A stretch of 64,000 nt of DNA from an uncultured bacterium (GCA_963825135.1 CAWGRW010000009.1:1120001-1184000); one strand, 5' to 3'; shown: positions 1 through 10,259, counted from the stretch's first letter. Numbers and translations: made by a program. Notes: generated by a model not told the origin, from the letters alone.

Positions 1-17
1 GATTGAGGTAAGTTAGG

Positions 18-554
18 GTGAGACTCTCAATTTCACTTATAGCGGCGCTGATGGTTTTAGGGCCCTTTGTCGGTTCTCAAAGCGCCGAATTCAGCGTAGA
101 AAATTCAGATAATTCATCAGTTTTAGGAACCGAACAGTCCTGCTACAATTACACTTTCATAGATAACAGCTCGATAAGGGGCACATTGCTCGAAAGCGAG
201 GAGATGGACTCTTCTCCCTTGAAACCCGATTCAGTCTCGTACGACTCCGTTAAAAACCTCTGTGAGCCTGATAACAAGCTGGATTTGGCTGCAATTGAGA
301 AAGCCGATAGTCAAAATATTCAAAGTGATGGCTCCGGGGGTTTAAGCGACGAAAATCCGCTCCTGCCCAACCCGCAAATTGCTTTTGTTGAAGACGAGAA
401 AATGAATTTTGAACAGTTTCAATCGAAAGAAACGATTTTTTACGGCGGCCTCATTCCTTTCACCGCCATACACGACGCCGACCTGAAGACCGAAGACCAC
501 TTTTTCAATCCCGACAGCTTCTCTCTCTTCCTTTATTTCAAAAGGAAGTTCTGA
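18..554 (+). CDS. Hypothetical exported protein
   Basis: 178 aa ORF with GTG start after GAGG, N-terminal signal-peptide-like segment (LIAALMVLGPFVGSQSA) and an acidic, low-complexity body. No family recognised. Confidence 0.55.
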   Translation: MRLSISLIAALMVLGPFVGSQSAEFSVENSDNSSVLGTEQSCYNYTFIDNSSIRGTLLESEEMDSSPLKPDSVSYDSVKNLCEPDNKLDLAAIEKADSQNIQSDGSGGLSDENPLLPNPQIAFVEDEKMNFEQFQSKETIFYGGLIPFTAIHDADLKTEDHFFNPDSFSLFLYFKRKF

Positions 555-693
555 CCTGCCCGGCAGGCTGTAATCACCGCCCCTTTTTATCGAAAGACGC
601 CCGGAATCGACCGGGACCCGCTCTCGGCCGCTCCCTTTACTAGAATATCTATTTTGTTAAAATAAAGGCAGCCTTTTAAACGGGAGACAGAAA

Positions 694-1353
694 ATGAAAA
701 TAGCGCTATTAGGCGGGACGGGCGATATTGCCGAAGGTCTCGTGCTCAGGTGGTCGAAAGCAGGACATGAGATATTCATCGGCTCGAGGAGCGATGAAAA
801 GGCAAAGGGCATCGCCGCAGAATATATAGAAAAATTAAAGGCCCTCGGGATTGAGACTAGGATACACGGTATGCCGAACCCGGACGCGGCGAGGCAGGCC
901 GAAGTAGTAATCATAAGCATCCCGCCCGAGCATGCGGCCGCGACCGTAAGCCAGATAAGGGACAGTTTCACGAACCAGATCGTCGTTACCCCGGTCGTTT
1001 CGATGAAAAGGGAGGGTAAGACGTTTCTGTTCAATCCCCCGGCCCAGGGCTCATCGGCGCTCGAAATAAAAGAAGCCCTCCCGGATACGGCCAGACTCGT
1101 ATCGGCTTATCATAGCCTGCCGGCAAAGGAATTGAGCGAAATAGACAGGACCCTCGATTATGACGTGGTCATATGCGGAGACGACGACGGCGCGAAGGAG
1201 GTAGTTAAGAAAATAACGGAGGATATACCCAACCTCCGGGTTCTGGACGCGGGGTCTCTCGCAGCGTCTGCGATGATTGAGTCTATGACCCCGCTCATAG
1301 TCAATCTAAACGTGAGATATAAGCCGCAGCATTTTTCGGTAAAGTTCGTGTAA
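694..1353 (+). CDS. npdG: NADPH-dependent F420 reductase
   Basis: Rossmann start MKIALLGGTGDIAEGL, IGSRSDEKA, GSSA, VICGDD. Length 219 aa is typical of Fno/NpdG. Confidence 0.85.
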   Translation: MKIALLGGTGDIAEGLVLRWSKAGHEIFIGSRSDEKAKGIAAEYIEKLKALGIETRIHGMPNPDAARQAEVVIISIPPEHAAATVSQIRDSFTNQIVVTPVVSMKREGKTFLFNPPAQGSSALEIKEALPDTARLVSAYHSLPAKELSEIDRTLDYDVVICGDDDGAKEVVKKITEDIPNLRVLDAGSLAASAMIESMTPLIVNLNVRYKPQHFSVKFV

Positions 1354-1383
1354 GCCCGCTGAGACGACCCCCGGGGGCTGTCT

Positions 1384-1803
1384 CTACTCTCCGATGATCT
1401 GAACTATCACGTCCCTCGTCCGCGGCCGGTTGTCGAAATCGACCACTATTATCTGCTGCCAGGTCCCGAGCAGGAGCTCGGAAGACGAGAAGGGCACCGT
1501 GAGGGAGGCCCCCTGTATCGCGGCCCTCACGTGGGAATAACCGTTCCCGTCTCCCCACCTCGCGTCGTGATGATACGGGATATTCCTGGGCGCTATCCTT
1601 TCGATAGCCTCCCCGTAGTCCCGTATGGCGCCCCCTTCGTATTCGATCGTCGTGACCCCTGCCGTCGAGCCAGGTATGAACACCGTGACGATGCCGGAAG
1701 ATACCCCGGAGCCCCTCACGATATCCCCGACCTCGGCCGTTATATCAACCAGGTCCGTTTCCCCTTCCGTGCGGAGTCTTATCCCCTTCGTGATTACCGC
1801 CAT
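1384..1803 (-). CDS. yjbQ: YjbQ family (UPF0047, secondary thiamine-phosphate synthase)
   Basis: Motifs DIT, GSTAG, YHHD..GDGNGYSH, LGTWQQI..DFD. Confidence 0.9.
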   Translation of the reverse strand: MAVITKGIRLRTEGETDLVDITAEVGDIVRGSGVSSGIVTVFIPGSTAGVTTIEYEGGAIRDYGEAIERIAPRNIPYHHDARWGDGNGYSHVRAAIQGASLTVPFSSSELLLGTWQQIIVVDFDNRPRTRDVIVQIIGE

Positions 1804-1813
1804 GGAGCGCCTC

Positions 1814-2779
1814 CTAAAATAGTCTTAGCTGAGTGGGCTTCTCGAGCGGGACCGCTTCAAACCCCTTTTTCCGCAGGGTGCGCGCGAAACCGCTGCTCTC
1901 TGCGCCCGTGAGGAAAACCTTTTCCGGGCCCGCGGACTCTACGAACTTAAGGAGGTCCCTGAAGCCCGCCCGGTTACTGAGCGGAAAGACCTCGTCCGCC
2001 CCGTACAAGGTCTTAATATAAGATTTTTCGTCAGGCGCGGATTCTATAACCGCCCCGACTCGTTTGTTCCGGATGTCCCCGATCTCTTTTGCGCCCGGGT
2101 TCAGGGGAAACACGAGGACCCTGCCCTCGGTCTTCTTCGGTTTGAACAATTCGCAGCCGTCGAATCCGACTCCGAATTCCTCGTATATCTTCATGGCCCC
2201 GAATATTGATCTGTGAACGCCGAGCCTGTATCCCGCGGCCCCAAGCCGTTTCACCAGCTCCTCGGCGATGCCGAACGCCTCGGCCAGGAGGACCGGGACC
2301 GAGCCTGATGAGAGCGCACTATCGATAAACCCCGAAAGCGAATTTATCACCTCTTCCGCCGGGGGGAATCCGTATTTCGGGGAGCCGTAGGCGCATTTCA
2401 GGATTAGTATATGACACCCCTTTACCTGCGCGGTCCCCGAAGTGAGAGACTGCCTCAAGTTTATATCCCCGGTGTAAATGATGGTCTTGCCCGATTTTTG
2501 TATCTCGATCTGGGCCGATCCGAGCATGTGCCCGGACGGGATCAGCTCCGCCTGGACGCTTCCGATCGTAAAAGGCCTGTTGTAAGGGCAGGCGAGGACC
2601 AGGGATTTACTGATTTTTTTCTCAATGAGCCTGATCGTCTCGGGCGTCGCGATGACTTTCTCGGAAGGGACGAATTTTCCTATATTTGCGCTCGATATGA
2701 AGGAAAATCTCGCCTTCTTTACGGAATCGAACCACAGGCTTGTTCCCCTTAAATGAATCCCCTGGTCGAACTCTATCAT
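1814..2779 (-). CDS. MBL/beta-CASP-fold nuclease-like protein with degenerate active site and C-terminal clamp-binding motif
   Basis: Retains SGHMLGSAQ and YTGD of beta-CASP/MBL nucleases, but the HxHxDH position reads SSANIGK. Ends in QLRLF. Confidence 0.7.
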   Translation of the reverse strand: MIEFDQGIHLRGTSLWFDSVKKARFSFISSANIGKFVPSEKVIATPETIRLIEKKISKSLVLACPYNRPFTIGSVQAELIPSGHMLGSAQIEIQKSGKTIIYTGDINLRQSLTSGTAQVKGCHILILKCAYGSPKYGFPPAEEVINSLSGFIDSALSSGSVPVLLAEAFGIAEELVKRLGAAGYRLGVHRSIFGAMKIYEEFGVGFDGCELFKPKKTEGRVLVFPLNPGAKEIGDIRNKRVGAVIESAPDEKSYIKTLYGADEVFPLSNRAGFRDLLKFVESAGPEKVFLTGAESSGFARTLRKKGFEAVPLEKPTQLRLF

Positions 2780-2839
2780 GAAACTGAAAGTCTAGTGTAC
2801 TTTCAAAGGTATGATTTGCAAGCTCGTACGTCCCTGTTG

Positions 2840-2869
2840 TTGACAGGGGATAATTCGAACGGTGATAAT
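2840..2869 (+). promoter_or_regulatory. Putative sigma70 promoter of the M42 peptidase
   Basis: TTGACA (2840-2845), 18 nt, GATAAT (2864-2869). Confidence 0.45.
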
Positions 2870-2932
2870 TCCTGGTCATCCGTCCCGGAATCATTAAGCT
2901 ATTGGGAAATAGTTTTCAAAGGAGCAATCCAA

Positions 2933-4009
2933 ATGGATAAGACCGAAATACTTCTTAAGGAATTGACCGAATCCCACGGCGTGCCGGGCTATGAGACCGA
3001 CGTCCGAGAGGTTATCAGGAAATACATGAAGCCCATCGGCGCCATAAGCAAGGACAACATGGGGAGCCTCATTTGCAAAAAGCCCGGAAAGTCGGACGAG
3101 CCTAAAATAATGCTGGCGGGCCACATGGACGAGATAGGCTTCATGGTAAAGCACATCTCGGCGGACGGTTTTATACGGTTTACCACACTCGGCGGCTGGT
3201 GGGACCACGTCCTCCTCGGCCAGCGGGTTTTGTTGAAAACGCATAAAGGGGACGTCATAGGGGTTATAGGGGCCAAGCCCCCCCACCTGTTGTCCCAGGA
3301 CGAGCGCACGAAACTGCTCCAGAGAAAGAATATGTATATAGACATCGGCGCGTCCTCGGAAAAGGAGATCGAGAAAGCGGGTGTGCGCGTGGGGGATCCG
3401 ATTGTGCCCGTAAGCGAGTTTTCGGTGCTCGTTAACCCCAAGACGTATATGTCGAAGGCCTTCGATGACCGCGTGGGGTGCGCCGTTGTCATAACGGCGC
3501 TTCAATCACTCCCGGCGAGCGGTCATCCAAACACTTTATACGGAGTGGCCACGGTTCAGGAAGAGGTCGGGGTCAGGGGCGCTAGCACGAGCGTCGAGAT
3601 GGTGGGTCCCGACATCGCGATAATACTCGAGTCGGATATTGCGGGCGACGTGCCGGGTATAAAGCCGGACGAGTCCTCGACCAAACTCAACGGCGGGCCT
3701 TCGCTTCTTCTCTACGACGCGCGCATGATTCCCAATTTGAAACTCAGGGACCTTGTCGTGGACACGGCTAAAAAATCGAAGATACCGCTCCAGTTCACCA
3801 CGATGGAGGGGGGAGCGACGGACGGCTCCGTCATACACCTCCATAAACACGGCGTCCCCACGGTAGTGCTGGGCGTCCCCACACGTCACATACACAGCCA
3901 CAACGCAATAATTCACAGAAACGACTTCGATAACACGGTCAAGCTGCTTAAGGCCGTCGTTCAGAGGCTCGACAGGAAGAAGGTCGATGAGATCAAGTCG
4001 TTTATGTAA
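2933..4009 (+). CDS. M42 family metallo-aminopeptidase
   Basis: AGHMDEIG, KAFDDRVG, QEEVG, RHIHSH. Start placed at ATG 2933 after AAGGAG rather than 2753. Confidence 0.92.
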   Translation: MDKTEILLKELTESHGVPGYETDVREVIRKYMKPIGAISKDNMGSLICKKPGKSDEPKIMLAGHMDEIGFMVKHISADGFIRFTTLGGWWDHVLLGQRVLLKTHKGDVIGVIGAKPPHLLSQDERTKLLQRKNMYIDIGASSEKEIEKAGVRVGDPIVPVSEFSVLVNPKTYMSKAFDDRVGCAVVITALQSLPASGHPNTLYGVATVQEEVGVRGASTSVEMVGPDIAIILESDIAGDVPGIKPDESSTKLNGGPSLLLYDARMIPNLKLRDLVVDTAKKSKIPLQFTTMEGGATDGSVIHLHKHGVPTVVLGVPTRHIHSHNAIIHRNDFDNTVKLLKAVVQRLDRKKVDEIKSFM

Positions 4010-4056
4010 CGCGGTTTATCTCGTATTCGCAATTTACTGGTAAACTTAAAACCACA

Positions 4057-6888
4057 TTGGAATCCATAAAAATCACCGGCGCCAGGGAACATAACCTTAA
4101 AGACATTTCCCTCAAGCTTCCCAGGAGAAAACTGGTCGTTATAACGGGGGTCAGCGGGTCTGGGAAGTCTTCCCTCGCGTTCGACACCCTTTTCGCCGAG
4201 GGACAGCGGAGGTACATGGAGTCCCTCTCCTCATATGCGCGTCAGTTCGTTGAGCAGATCGGGAAGCCCGACGTGGATTCCATCGAAGGTTTATCCCCGT
4301 CTATATCGGTCGATCAGAAGACGTTCCAGAGGAACCCGCGCTCGACAGTCGGCACGATTACCGAGATATACGATTTCCTGAGGCTCCTCTTCGCGCGGCT
4401 CGGCAAGCCCTACTGCTGCAATTGCGGGATAGAGATTTCCGCTCAGAGCCTCGACAGGATGACCGAGCGCGTGGCCGGGCTGGGGGTCGGAGAGAAGGTC
4501 TCTATATTCTCGCCGATAGTGCAGGGGAGGAAAGGGGAGTACAGAAAGGAGCTCGAAGAGCTCAGGAGAGAGGGCTTTTTAAAGGTAAGGATCGACGGGA
4601 AGCTCTGCGACCTGGATGAGGAGATAAAGCTCAACAAGCAGAAAAAGCACACCATAGAATTGCTCGTGGACGTAATCGTCATCCGTCCCGGTGAAACGCG
4701 GGGCAGGATAAACGAGTCTTTGAGACTGGCCCTCAGGCGTTCGGGAGGAGTGGCGAAGGCGGAGACGGCGTCGGGCGGTGTCCTCAGCCTGAGCGACAAG
4801 TTCGCGTGTCCCGAGTGCGGAATGAGCTACCCCGAGATTTCCCCCCGTCTCTTTTCGTTTAACAGCCCTTACGGCTCGTGCCCGACGTGTCAGGGTCTTG
4901 GTGAGACCTGGTTTTGCGACCCCGAGCTCCTGATCGACGAAGAGCTTTCGATCGAGGACGGGGCGATTATACCGTGGCGGAACTCCAATTATTTCAAAGA
5001 ATTAACGGAAAGCGTTTCGGAGTATTTCGGCATCGACACCCGGGTCCAGTTCGGGAAACTCCCTTCGAAGTTAAAAAAGATCATCATTCACGGCGCCGGC
5101 GACGAAGAGATACGGCTCAGCAGGAAAAGACGCGGACGGGTCCTCAAATACAGGGACACCTATGCCGGTGTCGCCGGGATAATCACCCAATGGTATAAGG
5201 AGACGGATTCCCCCCCGGTGCGTGAAAAGCTCGCCCAGTTCATGCGCACGGTCGAGTGTCCTGATTGTGCAGGCGCGAGGCTTAGAAAAGAAGCCCTTTC
5301 CATACTATTCGAAGGCAGATCCATTTACGACGTCATCACGATGTCATCCGAAACCTGTCTCGATTTCTTCAGCAGCCTGAATATGACGGCGAGGGAGAGG
5401 GAGATAGGCGACCGGATTACAAAGGAGATCATTTCCCGCCTGACGTTTTTAACCGACGTCGGGCTCGGCTACCTGACCCTCGACCGTCCCGCCCCGACGC
5501 TTTCAGGGGGTGAGGCCCAGAGGATAAGGCTTGCGACGCAGGTGGGCTCGAAGCTCACGGGCATAACGTACGTGCTCGACGAGCCCACTATCGGGCTCCA
5601 CCCGAGAGACAACGCAAGGCTTATAGATACGCTCAAATCGCTCAGGGACGGAGGCAATACGATAATAGTCGTCGAGCACGACGAAGAGACGATAAGAAGC
5701 GCCGATTTCATCGTCGACATCGGACCTGGCGCAGGCGAAAAGGGCGGCTGGATTGTGGCCGAGGGCAGCGTAAACGAGCTTATCCGTCACGGCGAGTCTC
5801 TCACAGGGAGTTATCTGTCGGGGAAGGTCAGGATACCGGTGCCGGCGGAAAGGAGAAAGCCGAAAGGATTTATCACTATAGAAGGCGCATCGGAGCACAA
5901 TTTAAAATATATAGACGCCCCTTTCCCTCTCGGGGTCTTCACCTGCGTCACGGGAGTATCCGGTTCGGGGAAGAGCACCCTCGTTATCGATACACTCTAC
6001 AATGCCCTCGGGAGGAAGCTCTACAGAAGTAAGGAGAGAGTCGGGAAATACGAAAGGCTGTCAGGCGCCGGCGAAATAGATAAGGTAGTTAACGTCGAGC
6101 AGAGCCCGATCGGCAGGACCCCGAGGTCAAACCCCGCTACATACACCGGGATCTTCGCCCCGATAAGGGACCTATACTCGATGCTCCCGCAGTCTAATAT
6201 AAGGGGATATAAGCCGGGCAGGTTCAGTTTTAACGTCGGCGAGGGAAGGTGCAGCGTCTGCCTCGGCCACGGCGTCGTGAAAATAGAGATGCATTTCCTG
6301 CCCGACGTGTACGTGACGTGCGAGCGGTGCGGAGGCAGCCGGTACAACTCCGAGACCCTGGAGGTCAGATACAACGATAAGAACATCGCGGAGGTCCTGG
6401 ACATGACGGTTAGCGAGGCTGCGGAGTTTTTCGCGAATGTCCCGCACCTGAAATCGAAGCTCGACGTCCTCGAAGCGGTAGGGCTCGAATATATCAGGCT
6501 CGGACAGCCCGCCACGACGCTCTCGGGCGGCGAGGCGCAGCGTATAAAACTCTCGAAGGAGCTCGCCCGACGCTCGACGGGCAGGACGCTCTACATACTC
6601 GATGAGCCTACGATCGGGCTTCATTTCGACGATGTGAGGAAGCTCCTCGAAGTCCTCGAGCGCCTCGCCGACACGGGGAATACGGTGATAGTGATCGAGC
6701 ACAACCTCGATGTGATTAAGTGCGCCGATCATGTGATCGATATGGGTCCCGAGGGAGGAGAGAACGGGGGACGCATAGTGGCCAGGGGTACGCCCGAGGA
6801 GGTATCGGCGTCGGAAGGGTCTTACACCGGAGTGTACCTCAGAGAGGTACTCGGCACGAAAAAACCCGGGCGGAGAAGGATGAACTAA
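4057..6888 (+). CDS. uvrA: Excinuclease ABC subunit A
   Basis: Two Walker A GVSGSGKS, two LSGGE signatures, Zn-finger CxxC pairs, 943 aa. Confidence 0.98.
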   Translation: MESIKITGAREHNLKDISLKLPRRKLVVITGVSGSGKSSLAFDTLFAEGQRRYMESLSSYARQFVEQIGKPDVDSIEGLSPSISVDQKTFQRNPRSTVGTITEIYDFLRLLFARLGKPYCCNCGIEISAQSLDRMTERVAGLGVGEKVSIFSPIVQGRKGEYRKELEELRREGFLKVRIDGKLCDLDEEIKLNKQKKHTIELLVDVIVIRPGETRGRINESLRLALRRSGGVAKAETASGGVLSLSDKFACPECGMSYPEISPRLFSFNSPYGSCPTCQGLGETWFCDPELLIDEELSIEDGAIIPWRNSNYFKELTESVSEYFGIDTRVQFGKLPSKLKKIIIHGAGDEEIRLSRKRRGRVLKYRDTYAGVAGIITQWYKETDSPPVREKLAQFMRTVECPDCAGARLRKEALSILFEGRSIYDVITMSSETCLDFFSSLNMTAREREIGDRITKEIISRLTFLTDVGLGYLTLDRPAPTLSGGEAQRIRLATQVGSKLTGITYVLDEPTIGLHPRDNARLIDTLKSLRDGGNTIIVVEHDEETIRSADFIVDIGPGAGEKGGWIVAEGSVNELIRHGESLTGSYLSGKVRIPVPAERRKPKGFITIEGASEHNLKYIDAPFPLGVFTCVTGVSGSGKSTLVIDTLYNALGRKLYRSKERVGKYERLSGAGEIDKVVNVEQSPIGRTPRSNPATYTGIFAPIRDLYSMLPQSNIRGYKPGRFSFNVGEGRCSVCLGHGVVKIEMHFLPDVYVTCERCGGSRYNSETLEVRYNDKNIAEVLDMTVSEAAEFFANVPHLKSKLDVLEAVGLEYIRLGQPATTLSGGEAQRIKLSKELARRSTGRTLYILDEPTIGLHFDDVRKLLEVLERLADTGNTVIVIEHNLDVIKCADHVIDMGPEGGENGGRIVARGTPEEVSASEGSYTGVYLREVLGTKKPGRRRMN

Positions 6889-6889
6889 A

Positions 6890-7690
6890 GTGGATCTTAT
6901 ACAGTCGATAATACTCGGTGCGATACAGGGGATAACGGAATTTCTTCCCATAAGCAGCACGGCGCACCTCGTGCTTCTCCCGTGGTTTTTTTCATGGAAA
7001 GACCCGGGCCTGCCCTTTAACGTCGCGCTCCACGTAGGGAGCCTCATCGCGATTATTTCCTATTTCTGGCGGGACTTGCTGCTGATAATAGGCGATCTCG
7101 TTAATGCCGTCGCCGAAAGGAGTTTCGAGGGACGCCCGAGCGGGAAGATCGGCATGTTCTTGCTGATAGCTACGGTTCCCGGGGCCTTGTCGGGATTCCT
7201 TTTCGAGGAGCAGGCGGCCGGGCTTCTGCGGAACCCTCTGTTTATCGCCTTCGCGCTTTCCGCTTTCGGACTGCTCCTTTTTATTTCCGACAGGTATTCT
7301 CGAAGGGATAAATCAATCGAGGACATTAATCTCACCGACTGTATGGTAATCGGCCTCGCTCAGGCGCTCGCGATCATTCCCGGCGTCTCGCGCTCGGGGA
7401 TAACGATCACCGGGGCGATGTTCAGGAACTTCAAACGCGACGAGGCGGCCAGATTCTCCTTTCTGCTCGCGGCTCCTCTCATAGCGGGCGCGGGCTTATT
7501 CGAAATCCGTCACCTCGCGTACACGGACGTGGTAGGCACGCCTTTTATAGCGGGATTTGTCACGTCCGCCGTTTTCTCCTTTCTCGCCATCAAATACCTG
7601 CTCAAATTCGTCAGAAAGCAGAGTTACACGCTTTTCGTCATATACCGTTTGATACTCGCGGTTCTTATTATATTTACGTACTTAAAATAA
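6890..7690 (+). CDS. uppP: Undecaprenyl-diphosphate phosphatase (BacA)
   Basis: GAIQGITEFLPISSTAH and PGVSRSG signatures. Polytopic membrane protein. Confidence 0.95.
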   Translation: MDLIQSIILGAIQGITEFLPISSTAHLVLLPWFFSWKDPGLPFNVALHVGSLIAIISYFWRDLLLIIGDLVNAVAERSFEGRPSGKIGMFLLIATVPGALSGFLFEEQAAGLLRNPLFIAFALSAFGLLLFISDRYSRRDKSIEDINLTDCMVIGLAQALAIIPGVSRSGITITGAMFRNFKRDEAARFSFLLAAPLIAGAGLFEIRHLAYTDVVGTPFIAGFVTSAVFSFLAIKYLLKFVRKQSYTLFVIYRLILAVLIIFTYLK

Positions 7691-7731
7691 AGTCCCCGGC
7701 GTTGAGCCGTTTTTTGGTCAGGGTCTCCCTT

Positions 7732-8469
7732 ATGATAGCCATCCTCTCCGCACTCCCGGATGAGATCGATATTCTTGCAAGGGGCGTCCGCGTGCTCGAA
7801 GAGGGGGGCTCCGGCGAGACGCGTTATAAGTTCGGGGACATACACGGGAGAAAGGTCGTTCTCGGCAGCACCGGCGTCGGGATAAAGCGGGCGCGGGCGG
7901 GAGCGAGTATCGTCATTGAGAGGTATAAACCCGGTTTGATAATCAGCGCCGGACTCGGCGGCGCATTAAACAGCGGCCTCAGGGTCGGCGACGTCGTTCT
8001 CGGGGAGAGCGTGATAAGTTTAAAAAAGGGGGAAAGGAAGAATTTGTTCTGTGAACTCCCCGGGAACGATATGGCCTGTACGAGAGGCGACATACTTACG
8101 GAGAACAGGTTCGTGAACGATCCCGGGCTCAAGAGCAGGTTATACGGTATGTCCGGGGCTCACATTGTAGATATGGAGACCTGGGGGGTCGCCGAAGCCG
8201 TTCTTGTGAGCGCTACCCCTCTGATGTCCGTCCGTTCCGTCTCCGACGAATCCTGGGAAAGGCTCCCCGATATGGGAGCCATCTATAATTCCGCCGGGAG
8301 GCTCGCATTCGGCAAGGCTCTGCCCTACTTTCTGAGAAGGCCCACGCTGGTTCCACCTTATATCAGGTTCAGGTACGGCAGCTCTAAGAAAGCTGTCCGT
8401 TCGCTTAACGCATTCCTCGACTCTCTTCTGAGACGGATAGACGATCCCGCTTTCGGACATTCATCGTAA
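7732..8469 (+). CDS. Nucleoside phosphorylase superfamily (MTA/SAH nucleosidase-like, HpnG-like)
   Basis: MIAILSALPDE start, TGVG, SAGLGGAL..L.VGDVV, VDMET, RSVSD. Confidence 0.75.
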   Translation: MIAILSALPDEIDILARGVRVLEEGGSGETRYKFGDIHGRKVVLGSTGVGIKRARAGASIVIERYKPGLIISAGLGGALNSGLRVGDVVLGESVISLKKGERKNLFCELPGNDMACTRGDILTENRFVNDPGLKSRLYGMSGAHIVDMETWGVAEAVLVSATPLMSVRSVSDESWERLPDMGAIYNSAGRLAFGKALPYFLRRPTLVPPYIRFRYGSSKKAVRSLNAFLDSLLRRIDDPAFGHSS

Positions 8470-8531
8470 ACATCCTTTTCCAGCCTTGATAAATCCTTTA
8501 CATGCATACTTATCGTAGCTAACCTGTTTCT

Positions 8532-10259
8532 ATGGATAGAATCCGGAATACATGCGCATACCTGCCGCTTCTTTTCCTCTTGTTCGTTATCGCTTCACCC
8601 TTAACGGGAGCGGCCGGCTCAGGCGACGTGCAGGCTGAGCGCGGAGACATCGTCGTGCTTACCGCTATGAAAGATGAGCTCGGGAGGTCGCAGAAAAAGC
8701 TTAAGCTCGAGGGCTATGAAGACCCCTATTTCATAAGCTACCAGATAAAGGACAACGCCTATTACACTATCGAAGGCAAATACGGCGCTATCGTGTCGTC
8801 GGACAGGAGCAGGATAAGGCGTCTTTTCGTCGATGTGCGAGTCGGGGACTACGGGTTCGACAATTCCATCGGCGGCAGGTCGGGCGGCGGTATCCCTTTT
8901 GACGGGGCCTCCTCCGTGCCTCTCGATAACGACCCCGCCGCCATAAGGACCGTACTCTGGCAGGTAACCGATTTCGCTTACAAGGAAGCGCTGGCGCAAT
9001 ATCTCAATAAAAAGGCTGAAGACGTACAGGAGGTCAAGGCTGAGGACTTCGGCAGTTTTTCCAAGGAAAAGAGCCATGTCTATTTCGGACCCGAGCTGAC
9101 TCTCAATTTCGATCCCGGCAAGTGGGAAGAGAACGTCAGGCAGGTCTCTTCGATCTATAAAGACTATAAAGATCTCCTCAATGCCGACCTTACGGTCACC
9201 GCACAGAAGGAAACCGTTTATTTCATCGACACGGAAGGCACGCAGTATGTAAGGGATGAAATCCTTTACTCCATAGACGCCGAGGTGACCGCGAGGGCCG
9301 ACGACGGCAAGGTCGTCGAGAACTACAGGAACCTCTACTACGTGACCCCCGAGGACATACCCCCCGTGGAGGCGCTGAAAAATACGATACGTGAAATGGT
9401 CGAAGAGACACTTAAAATGCGGCAGGCGGAGGCGCTGCCTCCGCTGAGCGTCCCGGCGCTCCTCGATCCCGAGGCCGCGGGCGTCGTGTTCCACGAGGCC
9501 GTGGGTCACAGGCTCGAAGGGGAGAGGCAGATAGACGAAGACGAGGGGCAGACCTTCAAGGAGAAGGTGGGGAAGAAGATAATCCCGGAATTCCTGTCTA
9601 TAATAGACGACCCGTCGATGAAGAGCTTTGAGGGGACCCACCTTATGGGTTACTACCCGTTCGACGACCAGGGCGTGCCCGGGCAAAGGACGGTGCTGGT
9701 CGAGAACGGCGTGCTTAAGAACTTCCTCATGTCGAGGACCCCGGTCGAGGGTTTTCAGAATTCAAACGGCCACGGGAGGGCCTCCTACGGGCAGGCGCCA
9801 TTAGCGAGGATGAGCAACACTATAATAGAGTCTTCGAAGGAATATCCGAGGGATAAGCTGAAGGAGCTACTGATTGAAGAAGTCAAGCGTCAGAATAAAC
9901 CCTTCGGGCTGATTATAAAGAGTATGAGAGGCGGGGAGACAAATACCTCTTCGTATAACTTCCAGGCCTTCAGAGGCACACCGCTCGTGCTTTACAAGGT
10001 CGACCCGGTGACCGGGGAAGAGACTCCCGTGAGGGACATCGAGATCGTCGGGACGCCTATAGTCACGGTCAATAAAATCATCGCGACCGGGGACGACTAC
10101 GCGGTATTCAACGGGTTCTGCGGGGCCGAGTCGGGCTACATCCCGGTCTCCACCGTCGCGCCGAGCATTCTCGTCTCCGAGATGGAGTTCCAGCGCGAGT
10201 CCTCGCGAAAGGAAAAACCGCCGCTCCTTCCGCCGCCCGCTTTCGACACGGTGAAATAG
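8532..10259 (+). CDS. TldD/PmbA family metalloprotease with signal peptide
   Basis: HEAVGH (HExxxH), FDDQG, NGHGR, RMSNT, GFCG. Hydrophobic N-terminal signal. Confidence 0.88.
   Translation: MDRIRNTCAYLPLLFLLFVIASPLTGAAGSGDVQAERGDIVVLTAMKDELGRSQKKLKLEGYEDPYFISYQIKDNAYYTIEGKYGAIVSSDRSRIRRLFVDVRVGDYGFDNSIGGRSGGGIPFDGASSVPLDNDPAAIRTVLWQVTDFAYKEALAQYLNKKAEDVQEVKAEDFGSFSKEKSHVYFGPELTLNFDPGKWEENVRQVSSIYKDYKDLLNADLTVTAQKETVYFIDTEGTQYVRDEILYSIDAEVTARADDGKVVENYRNLYYVTPEDIPPVEALKNTIREMVEETLKMRQAEALPPLSVPALLDPEAAGVVFHEAVGHRLEGERQIDEDEGQTFKEKVGKKIIPEFLSIIDDPSMKSFEGTHLMGYYPFDDQGVPGQRTVLVENGVLKNFLMSRTPVEGFQNSNGHGRASYGQAPLARMSNTIIESSKEYPRDKLKELLIEEVKRQNKPFGLIIKSMRGGETNTSSYNFQAFRGTPLVLYKVDPVTGEETPVRDIEIVGTPIVTVNKIIATGDDYAVFNGFCGAESGYIPVSTVAPSILVSEMEFQRESSRKEKPPLLPPPAFDTVK

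Noticed and set aside
2753..2932. 60-aa N-terminal extension of the M42 peptidase
   Set aside because: It overlaps the divergent gene and promoter. The SD and family N-terminus fit ATG 2933.
4033..4044. TTTACTGGTAAA quasi-palindrome upstream of uvrA as an SOS box
   Set aside because: Short, does not match a LexA consensus I can name with confidence, and not seen upstream of tag.
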